Notes: generated by a model from the letters alone, not told the origin. A stretch of DNA of 61,074 bases from Actinomycetes bacterium (GCA_031362415.1 JANLSK010000149.1:1-61074); one strand, 5' to 3'; shown: positions 27,955-37,789, counted from the first letter of the stretch. Numbers and translations: made by a program.

Positions 27955-28466
27955 GTGGATCGGGACCAGATCCTGCAGTTGCTCCACGAGCTGGGCGATC
28001 GGCTCGACGGTCGGGGCGTGCGCGGCGAGATGTTCCTGGTCGGGGGCGCGGCCATGGCGTTGGCGTACTCGACCCGGCGCTCAACCGCTGATCTCGACGC
28101 GGTCTTCGAACCGAAGTTGCCGATCTATGAGGTGGCCGAGGCGATGGGCCGAGAGCACGGTCTGACGCCCGCATGGCTGAACGACGCGGTGATGGGCTTT
28201 CTGCCGGGTCCCGACCCGAACGCCGGGTTCTGTTCGACATCCCGGGGCTTCGGGTCACAATCGCCTCGCCCCGCTACCTGCTGGCGATGAAGCTGATGGC
28301 GAGTCGCGTCGAGCGCGACGAGGACGACCTTCGGCTCCTGATCGGGCTGTGCGGCATCCGCTCGGCCGGCGAAGCTCTGGAGCTCCTCGAGCGAACCTAC
28401 GGCGCACACCCGATCGAGCCCAGGGTCGAGTACCTCCTCGCCGAGCTTCTCGGCGAGGGCTCCTGA
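27955..28466 (+). pseudogene. nucleotidyltransferase (DUF6036/AbiEii-like) disrupted by frameshift
   Basis: Two overlapping ORFs in different frames together read as one NTase: 27955..28290 (EMFLVGGAAMALAYSTRRSTADLDAVFEP...LTPAWLNDAVMGFLPG) and 28173..28466 (VLFDIPGLRVTIASPRYLLAMKLMASRVERDEDDLRLL). Confidence 0.5.
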
Positions 28467-28611
28467 GGCTGAACGAGTTCGATCGGATGCGTTCGAGGCG
28501 CGCGCATCGAGACGCCGCAAGAAAAGAACGAAGTTGCACAACAACATGACATTCAAGCTTGAGGCAGCGTCTCCGCAGCTCAGCGAGGTAGTGGGCCCCA
28601 AAAACTGTCTC

Positions 28612-29733
28612 TCAAGGGGCGACGGTTTCGGGGGTGAGGAACCCGGTCGGACGGTAGACGCCGATGAGCATGTTCTCGTGCATGCCGTAGCCCACCTCGC
28701 CGGTGGCCGTCTCGAACCGGCACAGGGTCTCGTTGAGGATGGCGTAGCGGCGTCGTTCCTCGGGATCGCTCAGATCGTGGGTGAGGCCCTCGACCTTGAG
28801 GGGGCCCTGGTACACGCCGTGGCCCCAGGTCCCGTCGTTCACGTAGCCCGAGCCGGCCGCCAGGTACAGGGTGCGCAGCGGGGTGTTCCTCACCACGATG
28901 GGCGTACCATCGGGGGCCGATGTGCGCACCGTGGCGCCGCTCATCTCCCGGGTGCCCGAGTGGTACTCCATGTCGATCTCGGGCCGGCCCAGCTCCTCGT
29001 TGGGCCGGTTCTGATCGACGTTCCAGACCCGGGCGGCCTCTTCGACGTGGCGGTGCCCGTCGGCGTCCTGGTCGACCTGGACCTTGATCATGTGGTCGTC
29101 GAACTGCATCGGCAGCCAGTCGTGGCGGAAGCCGTAGCCGTCGGCCTGTTGGCGGGCCCGGATACCCGGGGCCTCCCGTTCGCCGACGGGGCGAACGCCC
29201 CACGATCGGTCTCGGGCGCCCTTCCACAGGTCGGGGGTCACGTCGAAGGTGCGGCCGGCGACGCTGAGGCGGCCTTCCCACACGCCCACCTGCGCGTAGC
29301 GGCTCACGTCCTGGATGACCCGGCCGTACTGGCGGCTGAACGTCTTGGGCTCCTCCAACGCGGAGACGCTCCCGGTGAAGGTGAGGTCGGCTTCGAGCCC
29401 CCAGTCGTTGGGGGCACAGCGGATTCGGAGCCGCTCCAGCCCCTTCAGAACCTCGACCGAGAGCGGCCCGACCGAGGTGTCGAGCCGATCTGAGCCCAGC
29501 TCGCGTGACGATCGCACGGTGAACTGCTCGTGCCCGAGCGACACGGTGATGAACGCGTCGGTCACGCCCAGGTTCGGATACTGACCGAGGCCGGTGATGA
29601 CGAAGAGCTCGTCGCTGCTGGCGTGCATGTTGAAGTAGTAACGATCGTAAAAATTGCGATCTGAGGTGCCCACGTGGTCGAAGGTCTCCGACGTCTGGTG
29701 GGCGAGGAACTCGTCGAACGGGCTGAGCGGCAT
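28612..29733 (-). CDS. hypothetical protein, RDRSWG-motif family (paralog B)
   Basis: 373 aa. It shares TSDRNFYDRYYFNMH, GLGQYPNLGVTDAF and GARDRSWGVRPVGEREAPGI with paralog A. Confidence 0.6.
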   Translation of the reverse strand: MPLSPFDEFLAHQTSETFDHVGTSDRNFYDRYYFNMHASSDELFVITGLGQYPNLGVTDAFITVSLGHEQFTVRSSRELGSDRLDTSVGPLSVEVLKGLERLRIRCAPNDWGLEADLTFTGSVSALEEPKTFSRQYGRVIQDVSRYAQVGVWEGRLSVAGRTFDVTPDLWKGARDRSWGVRPVGEREAPGIRARQQADGYGFRHDWLPMQFDDHMIKVQVDQDADGHRHVEEAARVWNVDQNRPNEELGRPEIDMEYHSGTREMSGATVRTSAPDGTPIVVRNTPLRTLYLAAGSGYVNDGTWGHGVYQGPLKVEGLTHDLSDPEERRRYAILNETLCRFETATGEVGYGMHENMLIGVYRPTGFLTPETVAP

Positions 29734-29902
29734 CGCTGGACCTTCCCGAGAGCAACGTGGCGGCGGGTGATGTCGCGCACCCTATCGAGTCGACGGTCGT
29801 CCGGGCCGGGCCCGCACAGTCTGCGGCGTGGTGAGCCGGGCGTGGTGACCCGGACGTGGGGCGACGGGCGCCCCGTCGGCGCCTGCCGGTAGCGTCGGGC
29901 CG

Positions 29903-31336
29903 GTGACGATCGAGTACGTATCGACCGACGAGGTGGCGCGCATCCGGGCCCAGCTCGGCCATCCCGTCATCGACAACGACGGCCACATCATCGAGTACCT
30001 GCCGCTCGTGCGCGACATCATCGTCGACCTCGCCGGCGAGTCGGTGGCCGCCCGCTTCGACCGCGTCGTCGACGGCGGGCGCTCCACCCAGCTCCTCGGC
30101 CCGGCCGATCGACGGGCCCTGGGTCTGGTGCGCAACGCCTGGTGGGGGATTCCCACGGCGAACACGCTCGACCGGGCCACGGCGATGCTGCCCGAGCTCA
30201 TGTACCGCCGCCTCGACGAGATGGGCATCGACGTCGCGTTCTTGTACCCCACCTACGGCCTGGTGGCCATCCACCTCGGTGACGACGAGCTGCGCCAGGT
30301 GACGGCTCGGGCGTTCAACACGTATCTGGCCGAGGTCTACGAGCCGTACCGCGACCGGTTGATCCCCGTGGCCTGCATCCCCACGTTCACGCCCGAGGAG
30401 GCGGTGGCCGAGCTCGACCATGCCGTGGACGTGCTCGGCCTGCGGGCCGCCATGATGGGCGGGGCCGTCCCCCGGCCCATTCCCGAGCACACCGGACCGG
30501 CGGCTCGATGGATGGACGGTCTGGGTCACGGCTCGCCGTACGACTATGCGCCGCTGTGGGACCGCTGCGTCTCGCTCGGGGTCTCACCCACGTTCCACTC
30601 CAGCGGGGCCGGCTGGGGCTCGCGCACATCGCCCACGAATTACGTGTACAACCACATCGGGAACTTCGCTGCGGCCGGTGAGTTGTGCGCTCGATCCCTG
30701 TTGTTCGGCGGCGTCCCGATGCGCTGGCCCGAGCTGCGCTTCGCGTTCCTCGAGGGGGGCGCCGCGTGGGCCTGCAACCTCTACAGCGATGTGCTCGGCC
30801 ATTTCGACAAGCGGAACGCCTCGGCGATCGGACGCTACGACCCGTCCGCCCTCGACCATGAGTTGCTGGCGTCGATGTTCGCCCGCCACGCACGAGGACG
30901 TGTCCACGATCGCTTGGCGCGCCTCGACGAGGGCCTGGGGATGCTGTCGGAGCCCATCGTCGGCGACGATCCCGTCGACGAGTTCGCCGAATCGCTCGTG
31001 GGCTCGGCCGACGACATCCGCACCATCTTCACCGAACGGTTCTTCTTCGGCTGTGAGGCCGACGACCCGATGGCGGCCATGGCCTTCGACACGAGGCTGA
31101 ACCCGCTCGCGGCCCGATTGCCGGCCATCTTCGCGAGCGACATCGGGCACTGGGACGTCCCCGACTTTCGCCATGTGCTCTCCGAGGCGTGGGAGCTCGT
31201 CGAGCACGGCCACCTCGACGGCGCCGACTTCAAGGCGTTCACGTTCGAGAACCCCGTCGCCTTGTGGGCGGGGACGAACCCGGAGTTCTTCGCGGGCACC
31301 GTCGTCGAGGATGCCGTGCGCCAGCACCTGGCCTGA
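29903..31336 (+). CDS. amidohydrolase family protein (amidohydrolase-2 type, metal-dependent)
   Basis: 477 aa with the N-terminal metal-binding-like VIDNDGHIIEY. It is divergent from paralog B. Confidence 0.6.
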   Translation: MTIEYVSTDEVARIRAQLGHPVIDNDGHIIEYLPLVRDIIVDLAGESVAARFDRVVDGGRSTQLLGPADRRALGLVRNAWWGIPTANTLDRATAMLPELMYRRLDEMGIDVAFLYPTYGLVAIHLGDDELRQVTARAFNTYLAEVYEPYRDRLIPVACIPTFTPEEAVAELDHAVDVLGLRAAMMGGAVPRPIPEHTGPAARWMDGLGHGSPYDYAPLWDRCVSLGVSPTFHSSGAGWGSRTSPTNYVYNHIGNFAAAGELCARSLLFGGVPMRWPELRFAFLEGGAAWACNLYSDVLGHFDKRNASAIGRYDPSALDHELLASMFARHARGRVHDRLARLDEGLGMLSEPIVGDDPVDEFAESLVGSADDIRTIFTERFFFGCEADDPMAAMAFDTRLNPLAARLPAIFASDIGHWDVPDFRHVLSEAWELVEHGHLDGADFKAFTFENPVALWAGTNPEFFAGTVVEDAVRQHLA

Positions 31337-31372
31337 GCGACCGCGATCCTTCGCTTCCGCCGGTGCTGGGTG

Positions 31373-32245
31373 TCAGCCGGTGATGGTCTTCGACCCCATG
31401 GCTCGCAGCCGGATCGCCGCGCCCGGGCGGAGCTGTCCGACGAGGTCGAGGTCGGCTCGGGTCACCACGGCCACGACGGGATAGCCGCCCGTCGTGCCGC
31501 AGTCGGGTCCGAGGATGATCGGCCGACCGTCGGGTGGGAGCTGGATGGCGCCGGGGATCATCGCCTCGCTCGCCAACTCGTCCGGACGCCGAGCGAGCGC
31601 GGCTCCGTCGAGGCGGACGCCGGTGCGGTCGCAGGCCGTCGAGACCGTCCACACCCGTGACACCAGCTCGTGACGGGCGCCGTCCGACAGCCAATCGTCA
31701 CGCGGGCCGAAGATCACCGCCGCCTCGACGATGTCAGGCAACGGCAGGGTCGGGACCTGCTCGAACCAGGCCGGCCCGAGCCCATCGACGGGCCCGGACC
31801 GGATCACGTCGCCCGCCTGAAGCGGGGGCGGGCCGATGCGCCCGAGCGTGTCGTAGGAACGGGAGCCCAGCACGGGCTCGACGTCGACGCCGCCGCGAAG
31901 CGCCACGGTGAGACGCAACCCGCTGGTGGCCCGGCCGATCCGCAGACGGGCGCCCGCAGGCACGAGCAGGGCCAGGTCCTGGCCGACGGGCGACCCGTCG
32001 ATCCAGGCCGGGCCCCGGGCCCCGGTGAGCGCGACCGTGGTGGCCTCGACGGCTTCGAGCTCGCAGTCGCCCAGCACGATCTCGATCACCGCGGCATGGG
32101 GATCGTTGCCGACGAGCCGGTTGCCCAACCCCCGGGCTCGCTGGTCCCAGGCACCCGCCCGGGCCACGCCCTGATGGCCCCGCCCGAGTCGCCCGTCGTC
32201 CTGGATCGTGGCCAGGCCTCCGAACCGCACGACACGCAGCGTCAC
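31373..32245 (-). CDS. pxpC: 5-oxoprolinase subunit C / biotin-dependent carboxyltransferase family (PxpC, KipA-like)
   Basis: ATIQDDGRLGRGHQGVARAGAWD...IILGPDCGTTGGYP is typical of allophanate hydrolase subunit 2. The start is assigned at the GTG before VTLRVV; the open frame extends further upstream. Confidence 0.7.
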   Translation of the reverse strand: MTLRVVRFGGLATIQDDGRLGRGHQGVARAGAWDQRARGLGNRLVGNDPHAAVIEIVLGDCELEAVEATTVALTGARGPAWIDGSPVGQDLALLVPAGARLRIGRATSGLRLTVALRGGVDVEPVLGSRSYDTLGRIGPPPLQAGDVIRSGPVDGLGPAWFEQVPTLPLPDIVEAAVIFGPRDDWLSDGARHELVSRVWTVSTACDRTGVRLDGAALARRPDELASEAMIPGAIQLPPDGRPIILGPDCGTTGGYPVVAVVTRADLDLVGQLRPGAAIRLRAMGSKTITG

Positions 32246-32333
32246 GGGCGCACCGTCGTCGCTGACGCTGTTGCTGTTGCTGCCGTCACGAGCGCGGTCC
32301 CGCTCACGGCCCCGGTGACGGTCGCGCTCGCGG

Positions 32334-32972
32334 TCACCGTCGTACCGCCCGGAACACGACGTGGTCGCCCAGGCCCAGGAAGCTCGGCGGATCGATCGAG
32401 GGGTCGAAGAGGCACCGCTCCGTGCGTCCGAGCAGCCGCCAGCCCCCCGGCGATGCGGCCGGGTAGATCCCGGTGAACTCACCGGCGATGGCCACGGACC
32501 CGGCCGGGACGCGGGCTCGTGGCGTCGCCAGCCGGGGAACCACGAGCGCCGGGTCGAGACCGGTCAGGTAGGGGAAGCTGCGCGAGAACCCGAGGAACGC
32601 CAGGGTGTAGATGGCCGCGGTGTGACGCTCGATCACCTCGGCCGGTGCGAGCCCGGTCAGGTCGCTCACGTCGTCCAGGTCGACGCCGTCGTAGACGACA
32701 TCGATCTCGTGGAGGCACGGGTCGACGAGGTTCACGTCGCCGAGCTCCAACTCGCCGATCGATCGGGCCAGGCCGGCCACATCGGCCACGTCGGCCAGGC
32801 CGTCGCCGTCGTCGGCCGCTTCGACGTAGAGCGTGCTCGCCCCGGGGACCGACGCCGCGGCGATGCCCGAGGCCTCGACGGCGGTCCGCAGCCGGTGCAC
32901 CTCGTCGATCGTGTCGAGCTCGACGAGCACCCCGCGCTCGCCGTAACGCCGCCAGCGCAGGTCGCCCGTCAC
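32334..32972 (-). CDS. pxpB: 5-oxoprolinase subunit B (PxpB, KipI-like)
   Basis: Allophanate hydrolase subunit 1 fold. The start is assigned at the GTG overlapping the pxpA stop. Confidence 0.65.
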   Translation of the reverse strand: MTGDLRWRRYGERGVLVELDTIDEVHRLRTAVEASGIAAASVPGASTLYVEAADDGDGLADVADVAGLARSIGELELGDVNLVDPCLHEIDVVYDGVDLDDVSDLTGLAPAEVIERHTAAIYTLAFLGFSRSFPYLTGLDPALVVPRLATPRARVPAGSVAIAGEFTGIYPAASPGGWRLLGRTERCLFDPSIDPPSFLGLGDHVVFRAVRR

Positions 32973-33715
32973 GGCGTGACGAAGGGCCCCAAGGCGTGGC
33001 CGTGTTCGACGAGCGCCGATCGGACGGCCCGCGCCAGCGCTACCGCGTTGGGTGTGTCGCCGTGCACGCACACCGAGGCAACCGTGGGATCGCTCGCCAG
33101 CGCCAGTGCCTGCGCGGCCACGGCATAGGGGTCGGAGAGCACCGCGGCGGGCTCGGTGCGGGCCACGAGCGAGCCGTCGTCACGCCGGGCCCGATCGGGC
33201 AAGCCCTCGCCCACGGTCGCCAGGCCGTGCTCCCGGGCCGCCTCGACCATCGGCCCCGCCGCCCCGAGCAGAGGCAGCGACGTGTCGAACGCCGCCACCG
33301 CCCGGGCCAGGGCGCCCGCCTGCACAGGATCGCCGTTCACCCGGTGGTAGAGGGCGCCGTGTGCCTTGACGTAGCGGACGCGCGTCCCCGCGGCACGGCA
33401 CAGGGCGTCGAGCGCGCCGAGCTGATAGAGCACGTCGGCCTCGAGAGCCTCGGGCTCGACGTCGATCGTCCGACGACCGAAGCCGACCAGATCGTGATAG
33501 CCCACATGGGCGCCGACCACGACACCTCGGTCGGCGGCCATCGTGACGGTGGTGCGGATGGTCCTCGGATCGCCGGCGTGGAAGCCGCATGCCACGTTGG
33601 CGCTCGTGACGATGTCGAGCATCCCGGCGTCGTCGCCCATCACCCACGAGCCGTAGCTCTCGCCCAGGTCGGCGTTCAGATCGATGATGCGGACGGGTTG
33701 CTCGGACGGGGCCAC
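32969..33715 (-). CDS. pxpA: 5-oxoprolinase subunit A (LamB/YcsF family, PxpA)
   Basis: IIDLNADLGESYG N-terminal signature. The start is approximate (a GTG near 33715 or 33694). Confidence 0.7.
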   Translation of the reverse strand: MAPSEQPVRIIDLNADLGESYGSWVMGDDAGMLDIVTSANVACGFHAGDPRTIRTTVTMAADRGVVVGAHVGYHDLVGFGRRTIDVEPEALEADVLYQLGALDALCRAAGTRVRYVKAHGALYHRVNGDPVQAGALARAVAAFDTSLPLLGAAGPMVEAAREHGLATVGEGLPDRARRDDGSLVARTEPAAVLSDPYAVAAQALALASDPTVASVCVHGDTPNAVALARAVRSALVEHGHALGPFVTP

Positions 33716-33960
33716 GTGCAGCAGTCTCGCGTCGCCTGCTCGGCGCCGGCCATCGGTGGCGAGCAGTGGTCCGGGAACAGGCGCCCGCCACCAGCGGACC
33801 CCGGGGTGCGCCTGCGATGATGAGGCGTGGTGCATCCCCGTTCCCTCGCCTGCCTCGAACCGATCTCGGTCCGCCTCCCGCCCCTTCTCCCGACCGGTTG
33901 CCCAGCCGGCACCGGTCGCGGAGCCATCGTCTGCGTCAACGGCGTCGGCCAGGGCTTGTC

Positions 33961-35175
33961 ATGACAGGCTCGTCGGGGGCGGGCCCGGTGACGTCCGGGG
34001 CCGGAGCCGGGGCTGGAGAGGCGGCGATCGTCGGGCTCGGGATCACCGAGGTGGGCAAGGTGTACGGGCGCACGACGGCCGACTTCGCCCGCGACGCCGT
34101 GCGGCTGGCGGTGGCCGACGCCGGTCTGGCCCTCGCCGATGTCGACGGGCTCCTCGTCAGCGTGGGTCTGAGCGGTGGCGTCGGCATGGAGCTCGCCGTC
34201 CGTCTGGGACTGCGCGACCTGCGGATGCTGAGCGTCATCAACGCCTGGGGCGCCACTGCCGGCGCCCAGATCCAGCTCGCGGCCATGGCGGTGTCGACCG
34301 GGATGGCCGAGACGGTGGTGTGCGTGCACGCCGACGCGCCGCTCGCCGAGCCCGGCGCCTCGGCCGGAGCCGCCTACAGCGGCGGTGCCGCGCTGCGCAC
34401 AGGCTTCGGCTCGGCGATGGCCGCCAACGGCTTCGCTGGCGCCAACCCCATGTACGCCTTGGCCGCCCGACGTCACATGGAAGCCTACGGCACGAACGAC
34501 GATCACCTCGCGGCGGTGGCCGTCGGCCAGCGGGAGTGGGCGGCGATGAACCCGCTCGCCCAGATGCGCACGCCGATCACGGTGGCCGAGCACCACGCGT
34601 CCCGGTGGGTCGTCGAGCCCTTCCGCCTGCTCGACTGCTGTCTCGTCTCGAACGGCGCCGTCGCCGTGGTCGTCACCACCGCCGAGCGGTCCGCCCATCT
34701 CCGCCAGCCCCCGGTGCATCTCTGGGGCTTCGGGCAGGGCCATCCCGGCTACGTGTTGGAGCGAGGCTGCGAGCTCGGACTGCACACGGGCGCCGTGTCG
34801 TCGGGGGCCACGGCGATGCGCATGGCGGGCATCACCGCCGCCGACGTCGACGTGTGCCAGCTCTACGACTGTTACACCTACACGGTGATCGTCACGCTCG
34901 AAGACTACGGGTTCTGTGCCAAGGGCGAGGGCGGCCCGTTCGCAGCCTCGGGTGCCCTGGCGCCGGGGGGATCGCTCCCCACCAACACCGGCGGCGGGCA
35001 ACTCTCGTCGTTCTACCTGTGGGGGATGACCCCCGTCTCCGAGGCTGTCATCCAGGCCCGGGGCCAGGCCGGCGAGCGTCAGATCGACCGCCACGACGTG
35101 GTGCTGGTGAGCGGCAACGGAGGCACGCTCGACCATCACGCCACCCTCGTCCTCAGCCCGCACCGTCGGTCATGA
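33961..35175 (+). CDS. thiolase-like protein (SCP-x/lipid-transfer thiolase family)
   Basis: Thiolase fold with a C-terminal VLVSGNGGTLDHHATLVL segment. It pairs with the downstream DUF35 gene, a known thiolase partner arrangement. Confidence 0.7.
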   Translation: MTGSSGAGPVTSGAGAGAGEAAIVGLGITEVGKVYGRTTADFARDAVRLAVADAGLALADVDGLLVSVGLSGGVGMELAVRLGLRDLRMLSVINAWGATAGAQIQLAAMAVSTGMAETVVCVHADAPLAEPGASAGAAYSGGAALRTGFGSAMAANGFAGANPMYALAARRHMEAYGTNDDHLAAVAVGQREWAAMNPLAQMRTPITVAEHHASRWVVEPFRLLDCCLVSNGAVAVVVTTAERSAHLRQPPVHLWGFGQGHPGYVLERGCELGLHTGAVSSGATAMRMAGITAADVDVCQLYDCYTYTVIVTLEDYGFCAKGEGGPFAASGALAPGGSLPTNTGGGQLSSFYLWGMTPVSEAVIQARGQAGERQIDRHDVVLVSGNGGTLDHHATLVLSPHRRS

Positions 35176-35272
35176 CGCGTTCTTGACGATCGTCACGAAA
35201 CCGACCGAGCCGGTTCGAGTCGCGTCACCGCCGCCACCACGAGCAGCACCATCGCGAACGGGAGCCCACGTC

Positions 35273-35704
35273 ATGGTCATCGAGGCGATCCGAGACCCGT
35301 CCTCGGCCCCGTTCTTCGAGGCGGCCGCTCGCGGTGAGCTCGTCGTGCGCATCTGCCCCACCTGCGATCGCCGGGCCAGGCCGGAGACGGTCTGCTGTCT
35401 TGAGTGCGCGTACGAGCCGCTGGGCTGGACGGCCGTGAGCGGACGGGCCACGCTCGTGAGCTGGGCCGTCGTCCATCCCCGTCCGTCGACCGCAGTCGCC
35501 CCGTCAACGCCGTCATCCGAGGCAACCGTGCCGGTCGTGCTGGCCATCGTCGAGCTCGAAGAAGGCCCCTGGCTGCACACGCGTCTCTTCGACGTCGATC
35601 CGGCGTCGGCCCACGTGGGCCTCGTGCTCCAGGTCGCGTTTGTGGCCTCGGGCGCCGAGCAGGTCCCCGTCTTCCAAGGGGTTACGGGCGCAGGAGGCGG
35701 TTGA
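35273..35704 (+). CDS. Zn-ribbon/OB-fold protein (DUF35 family)
   Basis: CPTCDR...CCLEC rubredoxin-like zinc ribbon followed by an OB-fold region. Confidence 0.7.
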   Translation: MVIEAIRDPSSAPFFEAAARGELVVRICPTCDRRARPETVCCLECAYEPLGWTAVSGRATLVSWAVVHPRPSTAVAPSTPSSEATVPVVLAIVELEEGPWLHTRLFDVDPASAHVGLVLQVAFVASGAEQVPVFQGVTGAGGG

Positions 35705-36539
35705 GCGCCGGGGCGACCTCGCGCGCGCCCCGCACGGGGGCCAGACGCCCGCCGCCGATGCGGGCCAGCTCGGCGCCGAGCCAGGCGTCGTGCTCACCGT
35801 CGATCTGGAGCATCACGTGCAGGCGAGGCAGCCGCGCCGCCGCGTCACGGGGATCGGCCCCGGCGTTGTGCACACAGTCCGACAGGAGCACGGCCACCCG
35901 TTCTCGACAGCGCGACCGGGCCAGCTCCCGGGCCGCGACCGCCAAGCCCACGTTCACGTTCGTGAGCCCCTTCGTGGGCAGGTGCAGGAGGTCGTCGAGC
36001 ACCTGCGACGCGCTCACCCGCTGCCCGGGAACGGTGAGCATCGCGCAGTCCTTCCAGAAGGCGACCACGGTGAGCTCCTCGTCGACCAGCTCGCCCGCCA
36101 GCGCCCCCACGGTGGCCGCGGCGACCCGGGCCTTCTCGCCCTTCATCGAGCCCGACACGTCGACGATCAGCGCCACGGCCCGGCGGGCCCGCACCCGCGT
36201 GCGTACGACGATGTCGGAGTCTTCCGGCACCGGGCGCTCGGTGAGCACCTCCAGCGTGGCGTCGATGTCGATCTCGTCGGCATCGCCTTGGTAGGGCAGG
36301 CTCCGGGGACGCCCCGGGCCGCGCTCGGCGTCGCGAGCAGCCTTCGAGCGACGGACCGCGAGCCGTGACGCGATCTGCTGGACGGCCTTGCGCACCTCCG
36401 GGTCGGGCGGGGTGTCTTCGAGCACATCCGTCAACGGGCGGGCCTCGCCGATCTCCGCGGTCGTCATCGTCTTCGACGTCGTGGGAGGTGGCGGGCCACC
36501 GCCGGGGCCGCCCGGCTCCTCGCCCTCGGGCGGCACCAC
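35682..36539 (-). CDS. VWA domain-containing protein (MoxR partner)
   Basis: MIDAS-type motif VDVSGSM...T and ~285 aa length. Its 3' end overlaps the DUF35 gene end by 23 bp. Confidence 0.75.
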   Translation of the reverse strand: MVPPEGEEPGGPGGGPPPPTTSKTMTTAEIGEARPLTDVLEDTPPDPEVRKAVQQIASRLAVRRSKAARDAERGPGRPRSLPYQGDADEIDIDATLEVLTERPVPEDSDIVVRTRVRARRAVALIVDVSGSMKGEKARVAAATVGALAGELVDEELTVVAFWKDCAMLTVPGQRVSASQVLDDLLHLPTKGLTNVNVGLAVAARELARSRCRERVAVLLSDCVHNAGADPRDAAARLPRLHVMLQIDGEHDAWLGAELARIGGGRLAPVRGAREVAPALNRLLRP

Positions 36540-36680
36540 GACCTGGGCCAGGCTCCCGCCCTTGGCGTACAGGGCCGGCGCCGTGTCGAGCTGCTTGGGC
36601 TTGCGCTTGAGCGGGCCCCGCCGGTCGTCACGAGCATCCTCGCTGGGGAGCTCGATCGCCGGTTTCAGGTCGAGAGCTCT

Positions 36681-37667
36681 TCAGCCGGGCTTGGCTCGCC
36701 GGGGACCGAGCACGAAGTGGTTCTCCCAGATCTCGGTGAGCACCCGTTCGGGCGACGATTCGCTGGTCTCGTCGAGGTGGATGCGCCCCGAGAGCGACAC
36801 CATCACCGCATCGCGCACCACGTCCTCGTACGGAGCGCCGGCGGTTCCCTCCAGGGTCAGGAGCTGCTCGGCGACGAGCACGAGGTCGATCGCGCCTCGC
36901 ACCGACGAGCCCTGGCGGATCTCGGGATGGAACCTCGTGGCCCGGGTGAGGGCCACGGCGTCGGCCGCCAACCGGTCGTGATCGACGGCCGTCCGCAACG
37001 CCACGATGTCGACCTCCTCGGCGGCGCTCTGGTAGCCGACGGGGATCCGGCACAGCCGATCGTGGACCGACGAGGAGATCCGCGACGTGCCCACGTTGTC
37101 GAACGGGTTCATGGAGGCCACGACCCGGAACCCGTCAGCCGCCTTCACGTGACCCACCCGGGGGACGGTGATCTCGCGCTCGGCGATGGCCGTGAGCAGG
37201 GCGTTGAGCGTGTCCTCGGGGGCCCGGTTGATCTCTTCCACATACAGGAACCCGCCCCGGCGCATGGCCTCCACCAGGGGACCGGGGACGAACGTGTCGG
37301 TCGAGAAGTCGTCGCGCAACACGCGAGCCGGGTTGTGGTGGCCCACCAGCTTGGCCGTGGTGAGCTCGGCGTTGCCCTCGACGAACACCAGCGGGACACC
37401 GAATTCCCGGGTGACCTCGCGCAACAGGGTGCTCTTGCTCGTGCCCGGCGGGCCAACGAGTAGCAGGTCGCGTCCGGCGGCGATGGCGGCCAACAGCACC
37501 TTGAGCTCGTGGTCGCGCCCCACGACCCGGGCTGCGACCCTCCGACGGATCTCGGCCAGGTCGTGGCGGAAGCGGTCGGGCCGAGCGCCGTTGGCCGCAA
37601 CCACGGACGGGTCGAGGGCCGTGCCGGCGGATTCGGGGGAGCCGGCGGCGTCGGGCGATGAGGTCAT
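36681..37667 (-). CDS. MoxR family AAA+ ATPase
   Basis: Walker A LLVGPPGTSKST and Walker B FLYVEEINRAPEDTLNALLT. 328 aa. Confidence 0.85.
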   Translation of the reverse strand: MTSSPDAAGSPESAGTALDPSVVAANGARPDRFRHDLAEIRRRVAARVVGRDHELKVLLAAIAAGRDLLLVGPPGTSKSTLLREVTREFGVPLVFVEGNAELTTAKLVGHHNPARVLRDDFSTDTFVPGPLVEAMRRGGFLYVEEINRAPEDTLNALLTAIAEREITVPRVGHVKAADGFRVVASMNPFDNVGTSRISSSVHDRLCRIPVGYQSAAEEVDIVALRTAVDHDRLAADAVALTRATRFHPEIRQGSSVRGAIDLVLVAEQLLTLEGTAGAPYEDVVRDAVMVSLSGRIHLDETSESSPERVLTEIWENHFVLGPRRAKPG

Positions 37668-37789
37668 GGGCCCGTTGCTAGCCGATCAGCGCCGCTGGAG
37701 TCGACCCGTGGTCGTGGGGCGACGACATTCCCGAGCGGCTGGCGGGGGTCGGTGCGAATACCGTGGGCGGGTGACGCCACCGCTCGACC

